NCBI GenBank assembly: GCA_963738405.1
Contig: CAVTWJ010000019.1
Span: forward strand, 32,001 to 96,000
Length of the DNA stretch: 64,000 nt
Direction: 5' to 3'
DNA from: a candidate division FCPU426 bacterium
GTDB lineage: Bacteria > Oederibacteriota > Muellerivitia > Muellerivitales > Muellerivitaceae
Shown here: positions 1 through 8,528 of the stretch, one piece after another
Layout of the letters: the number at the start of each line of letters is the position of its first letter
How positions within the stretch are numbered: position 1 is the stretch's first letter
The notes under the pieces: model-generated
The model's input: only the letters and a program-made list of their open reading frames with translations
Told to the model about the DNA's origin: nothing
Database searches by the model: none
Program-made: the position numbers and the translations under genes

Positions 1-697
1 GGCCGAAGTTGAAAAGCCCGAAGCCTATTCGCCAGTCCGCGGATGGGGTCACGAGCAAGCCCAAATCGCCCGCTAAAGCGCTGGCGTTGTAGGTGGCGAT
101 GTTTTCCATGATGTATTTGGCGGTGAGCCCAACGGAAATCAGACCGCCGAAACGGTAGGCCCCGGAGGCGAAAAAGGCGTTGTCGGAGGCGGAAATGGCG
201 GGCGCCAGTCCGTTGGTGGAATCGAAAGGAGGAACCCCCAGGTTCACCACCCCGGCTCCCAACCCCCAGCTGTTGGCTCCGTCCGCGAAAGGCATGGCGA
301 AACCGCCGAAGTTATAACCCGTGTCCCCAATGTAGAGCATGTGCAGGTAGCCAAACTCGGGGTATTCGAGCAAGGCCAGCCCCGCCGGGTTCCAGGTGAG
401 GGAGTTGACGTCGTCGGCTACGGCGGTAAAGGCGCCGCCCATGGCCTCGCCCCGGGCGCCGCTGGAGATATCCAAAAAGTCTGCCCCGCTGGTCAACTGC
501 TGTGAAAAACCCGGAACAGCGGTTAACCACCAAGACACCAAGACACCAAGAAAAACCTTTAAGGAAACAGCCTGTTTTTCACCGCAAACACGCCAAGGAC
601 GCCAAGAATAGCGAAAGAAATAAAAAGGATGAAATGGCAACCTATGAAAAAGGGTTTTTATGGTTCTACCAATGCGGGGTTTTCGATGAATCACCAT
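1..697 (-). CDS. PorV/PorQ (UPF0164) family outer-membrane beta-barrel protein; runs off the window's left edge
   Basis: Manual translation (not in the ORF track): ...FSQQLTSGADFLDISSGARGEAMGGAFTAVADDVNSLTWNPAGLA..., the characteristic N-terminal PorV/UPF0164 motif. The frame is open from ATG at 697 to the edge; the true start is uncertain. Confidence 0.85.
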   Translation of the reverse strand, partial: MVIHRKPRIGRTIKTLFHRLPFHPFYFFRYSWRPWRVCGEKQAVSLKVFLGVLVSWWLTAVPGFSQQLTSGADFLDISSGARGEAMGGAFTAVADDVNSLTWNPAGLALLEYPEFGYLHMLYIGDTGYNFGGFAMPFADGANSWGLGAGVVNLGVPPFDSTNGLAPAISASDNAFFASGAYRFGGLISVGLTAKYIMENIATYNASALAGDLGLLVTPSADWRIGFGLFNFG

Positions 698-730
698 GGA
701 TTTTCTTGGTGCCTTGGTGTCTTGGTGGTG
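525..730. repeat. REP-like inverted element built from short tandem units
   Basis: 525-554 AACCACCAAGACACCAAGACACCAAGAAAA matches the reverse complement of 701-730 at 28/30 positions. A 9-nt-period variant lies at 580-610 (CACCGCAAACACGCCAAGGACGCCAAGAATA). Confidence 0.85.
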
Positions 731-753
731 AAAATGAATTTTTTTTAAAATCC

Positions 754-3700
754 TCATTTCACTACGGCTACTTTCTTGACCAGGTGGAACCCGCCGGGCC
801 CGTCCATCTCGATGAAATAGATGCCCGAGGACACCAGGGATCCGATTCGGTCATTCATGTCCCAGATCAGGTTTTCAGGCGTACCGGCGGCGGCATCCGG
901 GGGTGTCAGGGTCCGAATTAATCTTCCGTTGATGCTATAGATCTTTATTTTCACCGGTCCGCTCGCGGGCGGCACGAAATAAATACCCAGCTTCTGGCCC
1001 GAATTGGGCAGAACCAGATTGGCGTCAAAGGCCATATCGCCGGAAGAAACGGTAGGCGCGTTGGACCCTTGGGGCATGGTGATGACCGCGTGGTTTGAGT
1101 TGGGGCTTTCCGTGCTGACGCCTCCCGCCGTGGTGTAAACCGCCCGCACCACATAGTAGTAGGTATTATTGGCGAAAACACTCGAATCGGTATAGGTGGT
1201 CACGGGAGCCAAGAAGGAATTGGGGACGCTTCCAATCAGCACATAGGAACCGTAAGACGAACCCCGGTAGATGTTGAAACTCGTCACATTGAGGGCTCCG
1301 AAGTAAGGCTGGTTCCAAGTGAGCTGTGCCTTGGAGTTGCTTAAGGCTTTAGCGGTCAGGCCGGTGGGGGGGTTGAGGTCGGCGGAAGAGGTTGTGGCCG
1401 GCGCCGAGGCGGTGGAAACGCTGATATGGTTTCCGGTGGTTAAGCCCGTCACGTCCACAGCCTGAAGGCTGTAGGTGACGGTCGTGGGGTCCGTCAGGCG
1501 CGAGCCGTTGTTGTTGTCCAAGAACCAGGTTTGGGTCGCGGGAAGCTGCAGCGAAACGCCATCCGAACCCGTGAGGATGTAATAAGAAACAGGGAGGCTC
1601 CCGGGCGTAGGCACAGACGCCGGGAAATCGATCAGGATTTGACCGTCACCTGCGGTCGCCACCAGGGTCGCGGGGGCAGTGGGCGGGTTGCAGGCCGCGT
1701 CGGTGACGGCGTTGGAAGGGGCGCTGACGTGCCCGAGACTATCAGTAGCCTGAACGGTGTAGATGTAAAGCTGGCCCTGGGTGACATTCGTATCGGTCAC
1801 GGGCGAAGCGTTGGGAGTGGTGAGATAAGTCGAAGCTCCGGAGTAAACAAGACGCTGAAGATCGTAATTGCCCAGAGGATAGGTGTTGGTCAAGGGTGGG
1901 TTCCAGCTGAGGGTCAGGTTTGTCACCCCGCCGCCGCTCGCCAAAGCCAGGGGCGCGGTGAGAATAAATGGATAATCGGTGACGGGTGCGGAAAGTCCGC
2001 CAGTGACGCCGTTCGTGTTGACCGCCTGGACTTGATAAACATAAGTGGAACCGTTGGACAAACTGGTGGCGGTGGCGGATGCGGAGTAAACCGTGGTCGG
2101 GCTTCCAGGAGTAGGATAATAAACATATTCGGTCACGGGTACGTTATCCACCGGGGTATTGGGAGTCCAATTTAAAGTCACCGATGCGTTTCCATCCACC
2201 CCGGTCACGCCCGAAGGAACCGAAGGCGGCCTGGCGGGCACAGCCGTAACCGTGACGCTGTTGGAACTGGGGGTCGCGCCGACATAAGCGACAAAATAGT
2301 AGTAATAGGTCGTACCATTGTTCACCGTGGAATCCGTATAGGGGCTGGTCCCGGTAACTGGGGAAGTAAGCAAGGTGAAAGGGCCTGAAGTGTTGGTGCT
2401 TCGATAGACTTGGTAACCCGTCACCGGCGATCCCAATCCGGCAAAGGAATCGGTCCAGGTAAGAACCACCTGTCCAATTCCTCCCGTCGCGGCGAGGCCG
2501 CTGGGGGGGTTGATATCGGACAATGCCGGTGTTCCGTTGACTGTAACCGAATTGGCGCTGGCATCCTGGCCGGTGGTGACGCCTGAGTTATCCACCGCCA
2601 CGACGTAATAGTAATAGGTGGTACCGTTGGCCAAGGGCTCGTCCACATAACCGGTGCCGGTGGGCCCCAGGAAAGTCAGGGGAGCGTAGGGTCCTCCCAA
2701 AACGGTGGCCCGATAGACTTGATATCCCCCAATCGGAAGGGTTCCGGGCAGGGACGCGTTCCATGAAATCTGGACGGCTTCGTCGCCGTCAGCAAAACTC
2801 ATGTTTCCAGGAACTCCGGGCGCGTTCAAGGGGGTGGCGCTCACAGGGCCTGAGAGATCGCTGATATGTCCCGCCGTATCCATCGTGCCCACCCAGAAAT
2901 AATAGGGGGTGCCGTTGGTAAGACCGGTCACGTTCAAGGAAGCCGGGACGACGGGAGTGGGGTTCACCGGAACCGTTCCCGTCACGGAGGCTGAGGTCGA
3001 TTGGTAAATCTCGTAGCCCGCTACTTGGTAGGTGGTGGAAACCGCCGCAGTCCAGTTCAATTGGACGGCGGTGTTGGAAGGCGAGGCAGAAAACCCAGTG
3101 ACTGTATTGGGCGCCGCATAGGCTGTAACGGAAACCGCGTTGGCGGTATCCAGCAGGGTCGTCACACCCTTGGCGGGGTCATCCGCCGTGATGAGGTAAT
3201 AATAAAGGCTCGCGGGCGCGGCCGTTACATCGTTGTAGTAAATGGGGGGCGTGGGTGAGGGCGCCACGGTCACCGATGCCTGGGCCGCATAGTTTGTGGT
3301 CGCGGCGTTGTCGGGACTGCGGTAGATGGTATAGACCGTCACCCCTTCCGTCCCAGCGTTGGGGTCGGCCCAAGAAAGTGAAACGGCGGAATTCGCGGTA
3401 CTCAAGCCCGATTGGGCTGTCACGGTTTGCGGCGCCGCGGGCAGGCTGGTGAAGGTTTGAACATTTGAGAAGGGTCCGAATCCCGTGGCGTTCGCAGCCT
3501 GAATCTCATAGTCATAAGAGGTCCCTGACTCAATGGGTAACGAAACCGTCACAGGCAAACTGACGTTGCCCGGCAATTGTTCAGCGGCTTGCCAGTTGCC
3601 CGACCCCGTCACTTCCCGGTAGATGACATATTGGGTTACGGGCGCGTTTTTGGGCGCCCAGGTCAGGACGCGGGAAATGCCGTCTGAAGTCAGGGATACC

Positions 3701-4563
3701 GGCGCTAGGCTCACGGCGGCGGGATAGGTCAGGGTAGCAGGAGCCGGGAATATGGGCGGTCCTGATCCGTAGGGGTTCACACCTTCCACCCAGAAATTGT
3801 AGGTTTTATCGGGTAATAAATTGACGATACCCGTAGTGACGGCAGCACCAAAATCCACCCTTGTGGCCGACGCAACAAAAGTCGTAGGCGCATACAACAA
3901 CGACACGCTGGTGGCGTTGGCCTCGGTATCAGGGTTCCAGGTCACGGTGGCGGCGGTCTGGTTGGAAGCGCTCAAGAGGGATATGGCCACCGACGAGACG
4001 GCAATCGGCTGGGGCAGGAGCCCCCATGTGAGCTGGGTTGAGGGAAGACTTTCGCCCCCCGTGATGGCGCCCGAACCATAGTCGCTGGCGGTCACTTGGT
4101 AGGTGTAGTTGATTCCCGGGTTCAAGCCGGTTGTTATGGGAAAGAAAAGGGTGTTGGTCACGCCCAAAGTCGCGGCAGCCGGGGAAGTCTCATACACGGT
4201 GTAGGAAACGGCGCCGGCGCTGGCGTTCCAGGCGAGTGTGATTGCGGAAGCGGTGGATTGCCCCGTTAACGGCGAGGGAGGGGAGGGGGGCATCTGGAAA
4301 CCCGCCGAGACAAAGGCGCTCCCGCCGCCCGGGTTGACGGCTTGGAGGAAATAATAATAGGTCGATCCATGGGTAAGGACTGTCGCGTCGGTGACAGGGC
4401 CGTTGAGGTTTCCCGGGTAGCCTAAAGTCACGGCCGTCATGCCCGCCGTTACGGGCAAAGTATTCCGGTAAAGATTGTAGCCGGTCAGATTGGTCACGGC
4501 GGCTGCGGTCCAGTTGATGGAGGCGTTGGTTTGGTTGGCCGTGTAGGCTGCGGCCAGCCCCAA
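754..4563 (-). CDS. Fibronectin type III repeat surface protein, C-terminal part, with FlgD-Ig/T9SS type-A-like C-terminal domain
   Basis: Many FN3 repeats (P..L.A...V.L.W...Y.VYR...YYY.V.A). C-terminus IKIYSINGRLIRTL...IWDMNDRIGSLVSSGIYFI...KKVAVVK. No signal peptide; continues the upstream ORF across a frameshift. Confidence 0.85.
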   Translation of the reverse strand: MGLAAAYTANQTNASINWTAAAVTNLTGYNLYRNTLPVTAGMTAVTLGYPGNLNGPVTDATVLTHGSTYYYFLQAVNPGGGSAFVSAGFQMPPSPPSPLTGQSTASAITLAWNASAGAVSYTVYETSPAAATLGVTNTLFFPITTGLNPGINYTYQVTASDYGSGAITGGESLPSTQLTWGLLPQPIAVSSVAISLLSASNQTAATVTWNPDTEANATSVSLLYAPTTFVASATRVDFGAAVTTGIVNLLPDKTYNFWVEGVNPYGSGPPIFPAPATLTYPAAVSLAPVSLTSDGISRVLTWAPKNAPVTQYVIYREVTGSGNWQAAEQLPGNVSLPVTVSLPIESGTSYDYEIQAANATGFGPFSNVQTFTSLPAAPQTVTAQSGLSTANSAVSLSWADPNAGTEGVTVYTIYRSPDNAATTNYAAQASVTVAPSPTPPIYYNDVTAAPASLYYYLITADDPAKGVTTLLDTANAVSVTAYAAPNTVTGFSASPSNTAVQLNWTAAVSTTYQVAGYEIYQSTSASVTGTVPVNPTPVVPASLNVTGLTNGTPYYFWVGTMDTAGHISDLSGPVSATPLNAPGVPGNMSFADGDEAVQISWNASLPGTLPIGGYQVYRATVLGGPYAPLTFLGPTGTGYVDEPLANGTTYYYYVVAVDNSGVTTGQDASANSVTVNGTPALSDINPPSGLAATGGIGQVVLTWTDSFAGLGSPVTGYQVYRSTNTSGPFTLLTSPVTGTSPYTDSTVNNGTTYYYYFVAYVGATPSSNSVTVTAVPARPPSVPSGVTGVDGNASVTLNWTPNTPVDNVPVTEYVYYPTPGSPTTVYSASATATSLSNGSTYVYQVQAVNTNGVTGGLSAPVTDYPFILTAPLALASGGGVTNLTLSWNPPLTNTYPLGNYDLQRLVYSGASTYLTTPNASPVTDTNVTQGQLYIYTVQATDSLGHVSAPSNAVTDAACNPPTAPATLVATAGDGQILIDFPASVPTPGSLPVSYYILTGSDGVSLQLPATQTWFLDNNNGSRLTDPTTVTYSLQAVDVTGLTTGNHISVSTASAPATTSSADLNPPTGLTAKALSNSKAQLTWNQPYFGALNVTSFNIYRGSSYGSYVLIGSVPNSFLAPVTTYTDSSVFANNTYYYVVRAVYTTAGGVSTESPNSNHAVITMPQGSNAPTVSSGDMAFDANLVLPNSGQKLGIYFVPPASGPVKIKIYSINGRLIRTLTPPDAAAGTPENLIWDMNDRIGSLVSSGIYFIEMDGPGGFHLVKKVAVVK

Positions 4564-7247
4564 TGGGGCTGGGGGAGAAGGGCTGAAGTCACGGTGGCCG
4601 AATAGGCCCCCGTGACGGGCGTAGAGTCAATCCCCGCGACGTCATAGAAATAATTGACCCCCTGGATCAAGCCGCTGGAATCCACAAGGGTTTGGGTCGC
4701 GCCACCGCCCGCCGCCTGGGCAAAAATCGTGGTGACAGCCGAGGAAGCGCGGAAAACAACATAACTTACCGCGTTGTCCGCGCCCGAGGGAATGGTTAGC
4801 CACTTGAGGGTTATGGAGGCGGCTCCCCCCGCGGCCAGAACGCCCTGGGGTGCGGAGGGACCCAGTTGGCCCGGCTGGATGTTTGAATTGTTCGAGACGT
4901 TGCCGAAAGAATCCACCGCCTGGACGTAATACTGGTAGCTGGACCCGATGGCGGCGGAAGAGTCGTTAAAGGTGGTTGAGGCGCTGGCGCCGATGGATAC
5001 GTATCCCCCCAAACCGCCCGTCTGCCGCCAAACAATATAGGAATTAATCGCATTGAGGTCCTGCGTCGGAGCGGTCCAGGAAAGGGCCAGGTAGGTATTG
5101 GGTCCGCTGAAGGTGGGCACGACCACTCCCAAGGCGGGGGGATTCCCCAGGGGGAAGCCCGAAGACGAATTGGAGGACAGGCCGTTATGGGCGCTGTTGG
5201 GGGCTCCCGGGCTTCCCGCGTTGTCGAAGGCCGAAACGGTGTAGGTGTAGTTGGTTGCCGCGGAAAGTCCGGTATTTTGGTAGGTCACGGTAGGAGCGGT
5301 AACCGTTGCGATGGCCGTGCCGTTTCGGAAAACCTGGTAGCCCGAAAGCGGGAAGGATCCGGAAACGGAAGCTGGCGCGGTCCAATTCAACTGCACCGTG
5401 GTTCCACCGGTGAGGGCGTTTAAGCCTGTGGGAGCCCCGGGATTGGCGAAGGCCGTAACCGAACCCGACGATGTGGCGGGCGAGGAATGGGCCACTACGT
5501 TAAAAGCCGAAAGGGTGTAAGTGTAGCCCGTCAGGTTGGAAACCGGGCTGTCGAGATAACTCGTATTGGCCGTGATGACCCCTTGAGGGATGAGGGTTCC
5601 ATCGGGAAGGGTGGCCCCGGCGAAGGCCCCTCCGGCCGGGTTGCGGGTTAAGACATATCCCTGAACCGCTTCGGTACCCACCGGATTCCACGAAAGGGAA
5701 ATCTGCCCGCCGGTGGAGGTGAAATTGGCGGGCGAGGCGGTAAAACCCGTTGGAACAGGCGGCGGCGAGAGGGTTTCGATGGTGGTATTGGGGGAAAGGG
5801 TGGGAATCGTCACCCCCAGGTTGGAAATAGCGTACAGGAAGGGAAAGGGCCAGGCCGGGTTGTCCTGGCTGGAAACGGTCACGCCCAAGTTGAGGGTGAC
5901 CGATTGTCCCACGGGCACGTTGGTCACTCCGCCGTTAAAGAGAATCGTCCCCGGGTTGCTGACGGTCGGCTCGACCACCGAAAGATTGCTTCCGGGAAGG
6001 CTGCCGATTTGGGAAATAATACTGACCCCCCAGGGTGTTCCCGAGGCGGGGTTATTGGGGGGGATGGAGATGGCGAAAACACTGACGGGGCTTGAATAGA
6101 GGTTCGTCACGGCGTATTGCATCGTCGTCACGCTTGAATCCAGCGCCACAGCGGGGCTGACAATGCCCCCCGACAAGGGTTGAGTGTTTTTAGGCGCGTA
6201 GGGGATCGTCACGTTGGATAAAACCAAACCGTTAACATCCTCATAAATCAGGCTTACCGGATTGGTGGCGGGCGCGGCCGTCCAAGCCCGCACGATGATT
6301 TGCCCGTTGGTGATGTTCGACGCGTAGGTGGTGGGCCCGCTGAAATAAGAAAGACTCGTGACCTTGGAATACAAAGGCCCGGTGTTGACGCTGCCCGAGT
6401 CGTCCCCCTGCCAAACCATGTCCTGGGACCGGGGGTTGTTGAAATCCGTCAGGGTGCCGGTGAAATCCAGGATCACCTGGTAGGTAATGGGCGCGGCGGA
6501 AGTATTGTTCTTCTTGCTGAAATACAAAGACGGGGCGATGCCCGCTCCCGCGGCCGCGTAACCCCCGTTTACCCCGGTCACGGCGAAACAAAGCGAATTG
6601 GAAACGCCGGCCCCGTTGATGATGGTCACGCCATAAAACCCGCCGGTGATGGGGTTCAGCTGGTTGGCGTTGGGGTTGTTGGGAATCAAACTGTCGAAGG
6701 ACACGGGGATGGAAAGGGGGTCGTAAACCACCGGCACCGTCGAATTATTAACCTCATAGAGATAATAACTGGTGGAAAATCCCACAACCGTGATAGCCGC
6801 CCCCGTGGTCACCCCGAGGGCCCCCGGGTAAGTGCCGTTGATGTTGTTGGTGTTGTCGAAAATGGAGACCTGTTCCGAGTTGGACCCCGCCGCGAAGGTG
6901 ACCCCGAAATTCAGGTTTCCACCCACAAAGGTCAAGGGAACGGTGGGCCCGGTAAGGGTGGCCCCGGTGCTGGTCACGTAAACCGCCTGGGGATCGGAAA
7001 ACTGCGTCGTGGCGGTGTCGTACAAGCCCACTTGGACCGTAGCCGCGTAGCTTAGGTCCACGACCCCGGGACTGGATTGGGCCTGCACGCTGATGGTCAC
7101 TGAATTATTGGCGCCCGAGGTGGTATAAAGACCCGGGCCGGAAGAGGGGGAGACAAACTTAAAGCTATCGGCCCAAACCGGAAGGAAAGAATAAAAAAAG
7201 AAAACCGCAAGAAAACACGGCCAAAAAAGATTTTGTATGGTTTTCAT
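4494..7247 (-). CDS. Fibronectin type III repeat surface protein, N-terminal part (signal peptide; frameshifted at ~4565-4575)
   Basis: Signal peptide MKTIQNLFWPCFLAVFFFYSFLPVWA-D, then FN3 repeats. The sequence turns aberrant (PHWGWPQ...) exactly where the next ORF begins. Confidence 0.8.
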   Translation of the reverse strand: MKTIQNLFWPCFLAVFFFYSFLPVWADSFKFVSPSSGPGLYTTSGANNSVTISVQAQSSPGVVDLSYAATVQVGLYDTATTQFSDPQAVYVTSTGATLTGPTVPLTFVGGNLNFGVTFAAGSNSEQVSIFDNTNNINGTYPGALGVTTGAAITVVGFSTSYYLYEVNNSTVPVVYDPLSIPVSFDSLIPNNPNANQLNPITGGFYGVTIINGAGVSNSLCFAVTGVNGGYAAAGAGIAPSLYFSKKNNTSAAPITYQVILDFTGTLTDFNNPRSQDMVWQGDDSGSVNTGPLYSKVTSLSYFSGPTTYASNITNGQIIVRAWTAAPATNPVSLIYEDVNGLVLSNVTIPYAPKNTQPLSGGIVSPAVALDSSVTTMQYAVTNLYSSPVSVFAISIPPNNPASGTPWGVSIISQIGSLPGSNLSVVEPTVSNPGTILFNGGVTNVPVGQSVTLNLGVTVSSQDNPAWPFPFLYAISNLGVTIPTLSPNTTIETLSPPPVPTGFTASPANFTSTGGQISLSWNPVGTEAVQGYVLTRNPAGGAFAGATLPDGTLIPQGVITANTSYLDSPVSNLTGYTYTLSAFNVVAHSSPATSSGSVTAFANPGAPTGLNALTGGTTVQLNWTAPASVSGSFPLSGYQVFRNGTAIATVTAPTVTYQNTGLSAATNYTYTVSAFDNAGSPGAPNSAHNGLSSNSSSGFPLGNPPALGVVVPTFSGPNTYLALSWTAPTQDLNAINSYIVWRQTGGLGGYVSIGASASTTFNDSSAAIGSSYQYYVQAVDSFGNVSNNSNIQPGQLGPSAPQGVLAAGGAASITLKWLTIPSGADNAVSYVVFRASSAVTTIFAQAAGGGATQTLVDSSGLIQGVNYFYDVAGIDSTPVTGAYSATVTSALLPQPHWGWPQPTRPTKPTPPSTGPQPP

Positions 7248-7394
7248 TTTGGCCGGTTTCAAGGTTTTTCCCATGGTCTGCCAATATTTTATCAGCAACC
7301 CGGAGTACCCCCCGGGAACTTGTTTTATTTTCCACAGTGCCCTTGGTTTTCCCTTGGGGCGCAGATCCAACCCTGCCTTCCAGGCGCCTTTAAA

Positions 7395-8528
7395 CTACCA
7401 CCAAACATTCCGGACATTGGTCACGATCGTACTGTCGTTATAAACGACCCGGGGCGCTCCGCCCTTGGCCACTAGCGCGCATCGGGTCAAGACCACCGTT
7501 CCCACGCCCGAGCCGGATATCCCCGTTTCAAAACCGGAGGGGAAAGTCGTTCCCACCGCGAGGCCGTAAAGGGGCACCGTCAAGGGGTCATCCCCCCATG
7601 TCGAGCTGTTGGGGCTGATGCCATAGCCGAATCCAGAGCTTAACATTCCAGTGTTGATATTGGTTAAAAAGGACACCTTGGCCTCCGTAAGGGCGGGAGT
7701 TCCCGTGGGACTGGCGGCCAGATAGGGTGAAGAGGTTGTCAGGGCGTAAAAGGCATTGCTCGGGTTGGTTTGGGTGGGGTCGTAGGCCGTCGTGATGGCG
7801 TAGGTGATAATGTTTGGATCGGCTTTGCCGGGTGTCGCGAGCCATTTGGCGATTCCCCCCTGGAGGGCGGAATCGGTAATACCGCTGATTTGACGGTAAT
7901 CGGCGTATTCGCCGCTTTCCCATTCCACCAGCCGGTAGGCATTGGCTCCCCGGATGGGGTGGTCGTTGTTCGTCGTCAGGTAATAGTAATAAAACCGGTA
8001 AAGGTCGACGATGACCGTAGCCGGGGAACCGTCCGAGTAGGTCACGGTCGCGCCTGAGACGGTCAAAGGCGCCGTGTAAGACAAATTGTTGATGGTTTGG
8101 GGAAGGTCGTAGGCCGCGAATAAAAGGGAATTTCCGAAATCGGCCGTGACCGCCTGAGTGGGAGAAAAGGAACCCGCGGCACCCGTCCCAAGGGAAGGCT
8201 GTGCGATCGGGAGCAGGCTCCCGGTAAGAACAGGATAACTCGTTTTCGTCGCGGCGCTCATTCCCAAAGTGACCGGCCCCAAAAAGGAAACCGAAGCGTC
8301 GTTTTGAAACAAATGCTTGGTGGATAAAAGATGTTCGTGGAGCCTCAACTGGGTTTGTTCGTTCAAGGCCCGCATCTGGGTGTGCATTTCATCCCCCGCC
8401 ATGCCCTGGTTCACCTTCACAAAAAGGAAGGTAATGGCCGGGGTAATAATGCCGATCATGGCCACCGTCATCATCAATTCAATGAGGGTCCAGCCTCCCT
8501 GCCTGCCTCTCGCGCCGCAGAGCCTCAT
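7395..8528 (-). CDS. Prepilin-type N-terminal cleavage/methylation domain protein (PilW/PulJ-like)
   Basis: Class III signal RGRQGG|WTLIELMMTVAMIGII with Glu at +5; 4-bp overlap with the upstream gene. Confidence 0.85.
   Translation of the reverse strand: MRLCGARGRQGGWTLIELMMTVAMIGIITPAITFLFVKVNQGMAGDEMHTQMRALNEQTQLRLHEHLLSTKHLFQNDASVSFLGPVTLGMSAATKTSYPVLTGSLLPIAQPSLGTGAAGSFSPTQAVTADFGNSLLFAAYDLPQTINNLSYTAPLTVSGATVTYSDGSPATVIVDLYRFYYYYLTTNNDHPIRGANAYRLVEWESGEYADYRQISGITDSALQGGIAKWLATPGKADPNIITYAITTAYDPTQTNPSNAFYALTTSSPYLAASPTGTPALTEAKVSFLTNINTGMLSSGFGYGISPNSSTWGDDPLTVPLYGLAVGTTFPSGFETGISGSGVGTVVLTRCALVAKGGAPRVVYNDSTIVTNVRNVWW

Noticed and set aside
525..730. CRISPR array
   Set aside because: The units are 8-9 bp tandem repeats in inverted orientation with no spacers, and no cas genes are present.
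502..921. 139-aa plus-strand ORF
   Set aside because: It is a translation of the repeat element and is antisense to the PorV and FN3 genes.
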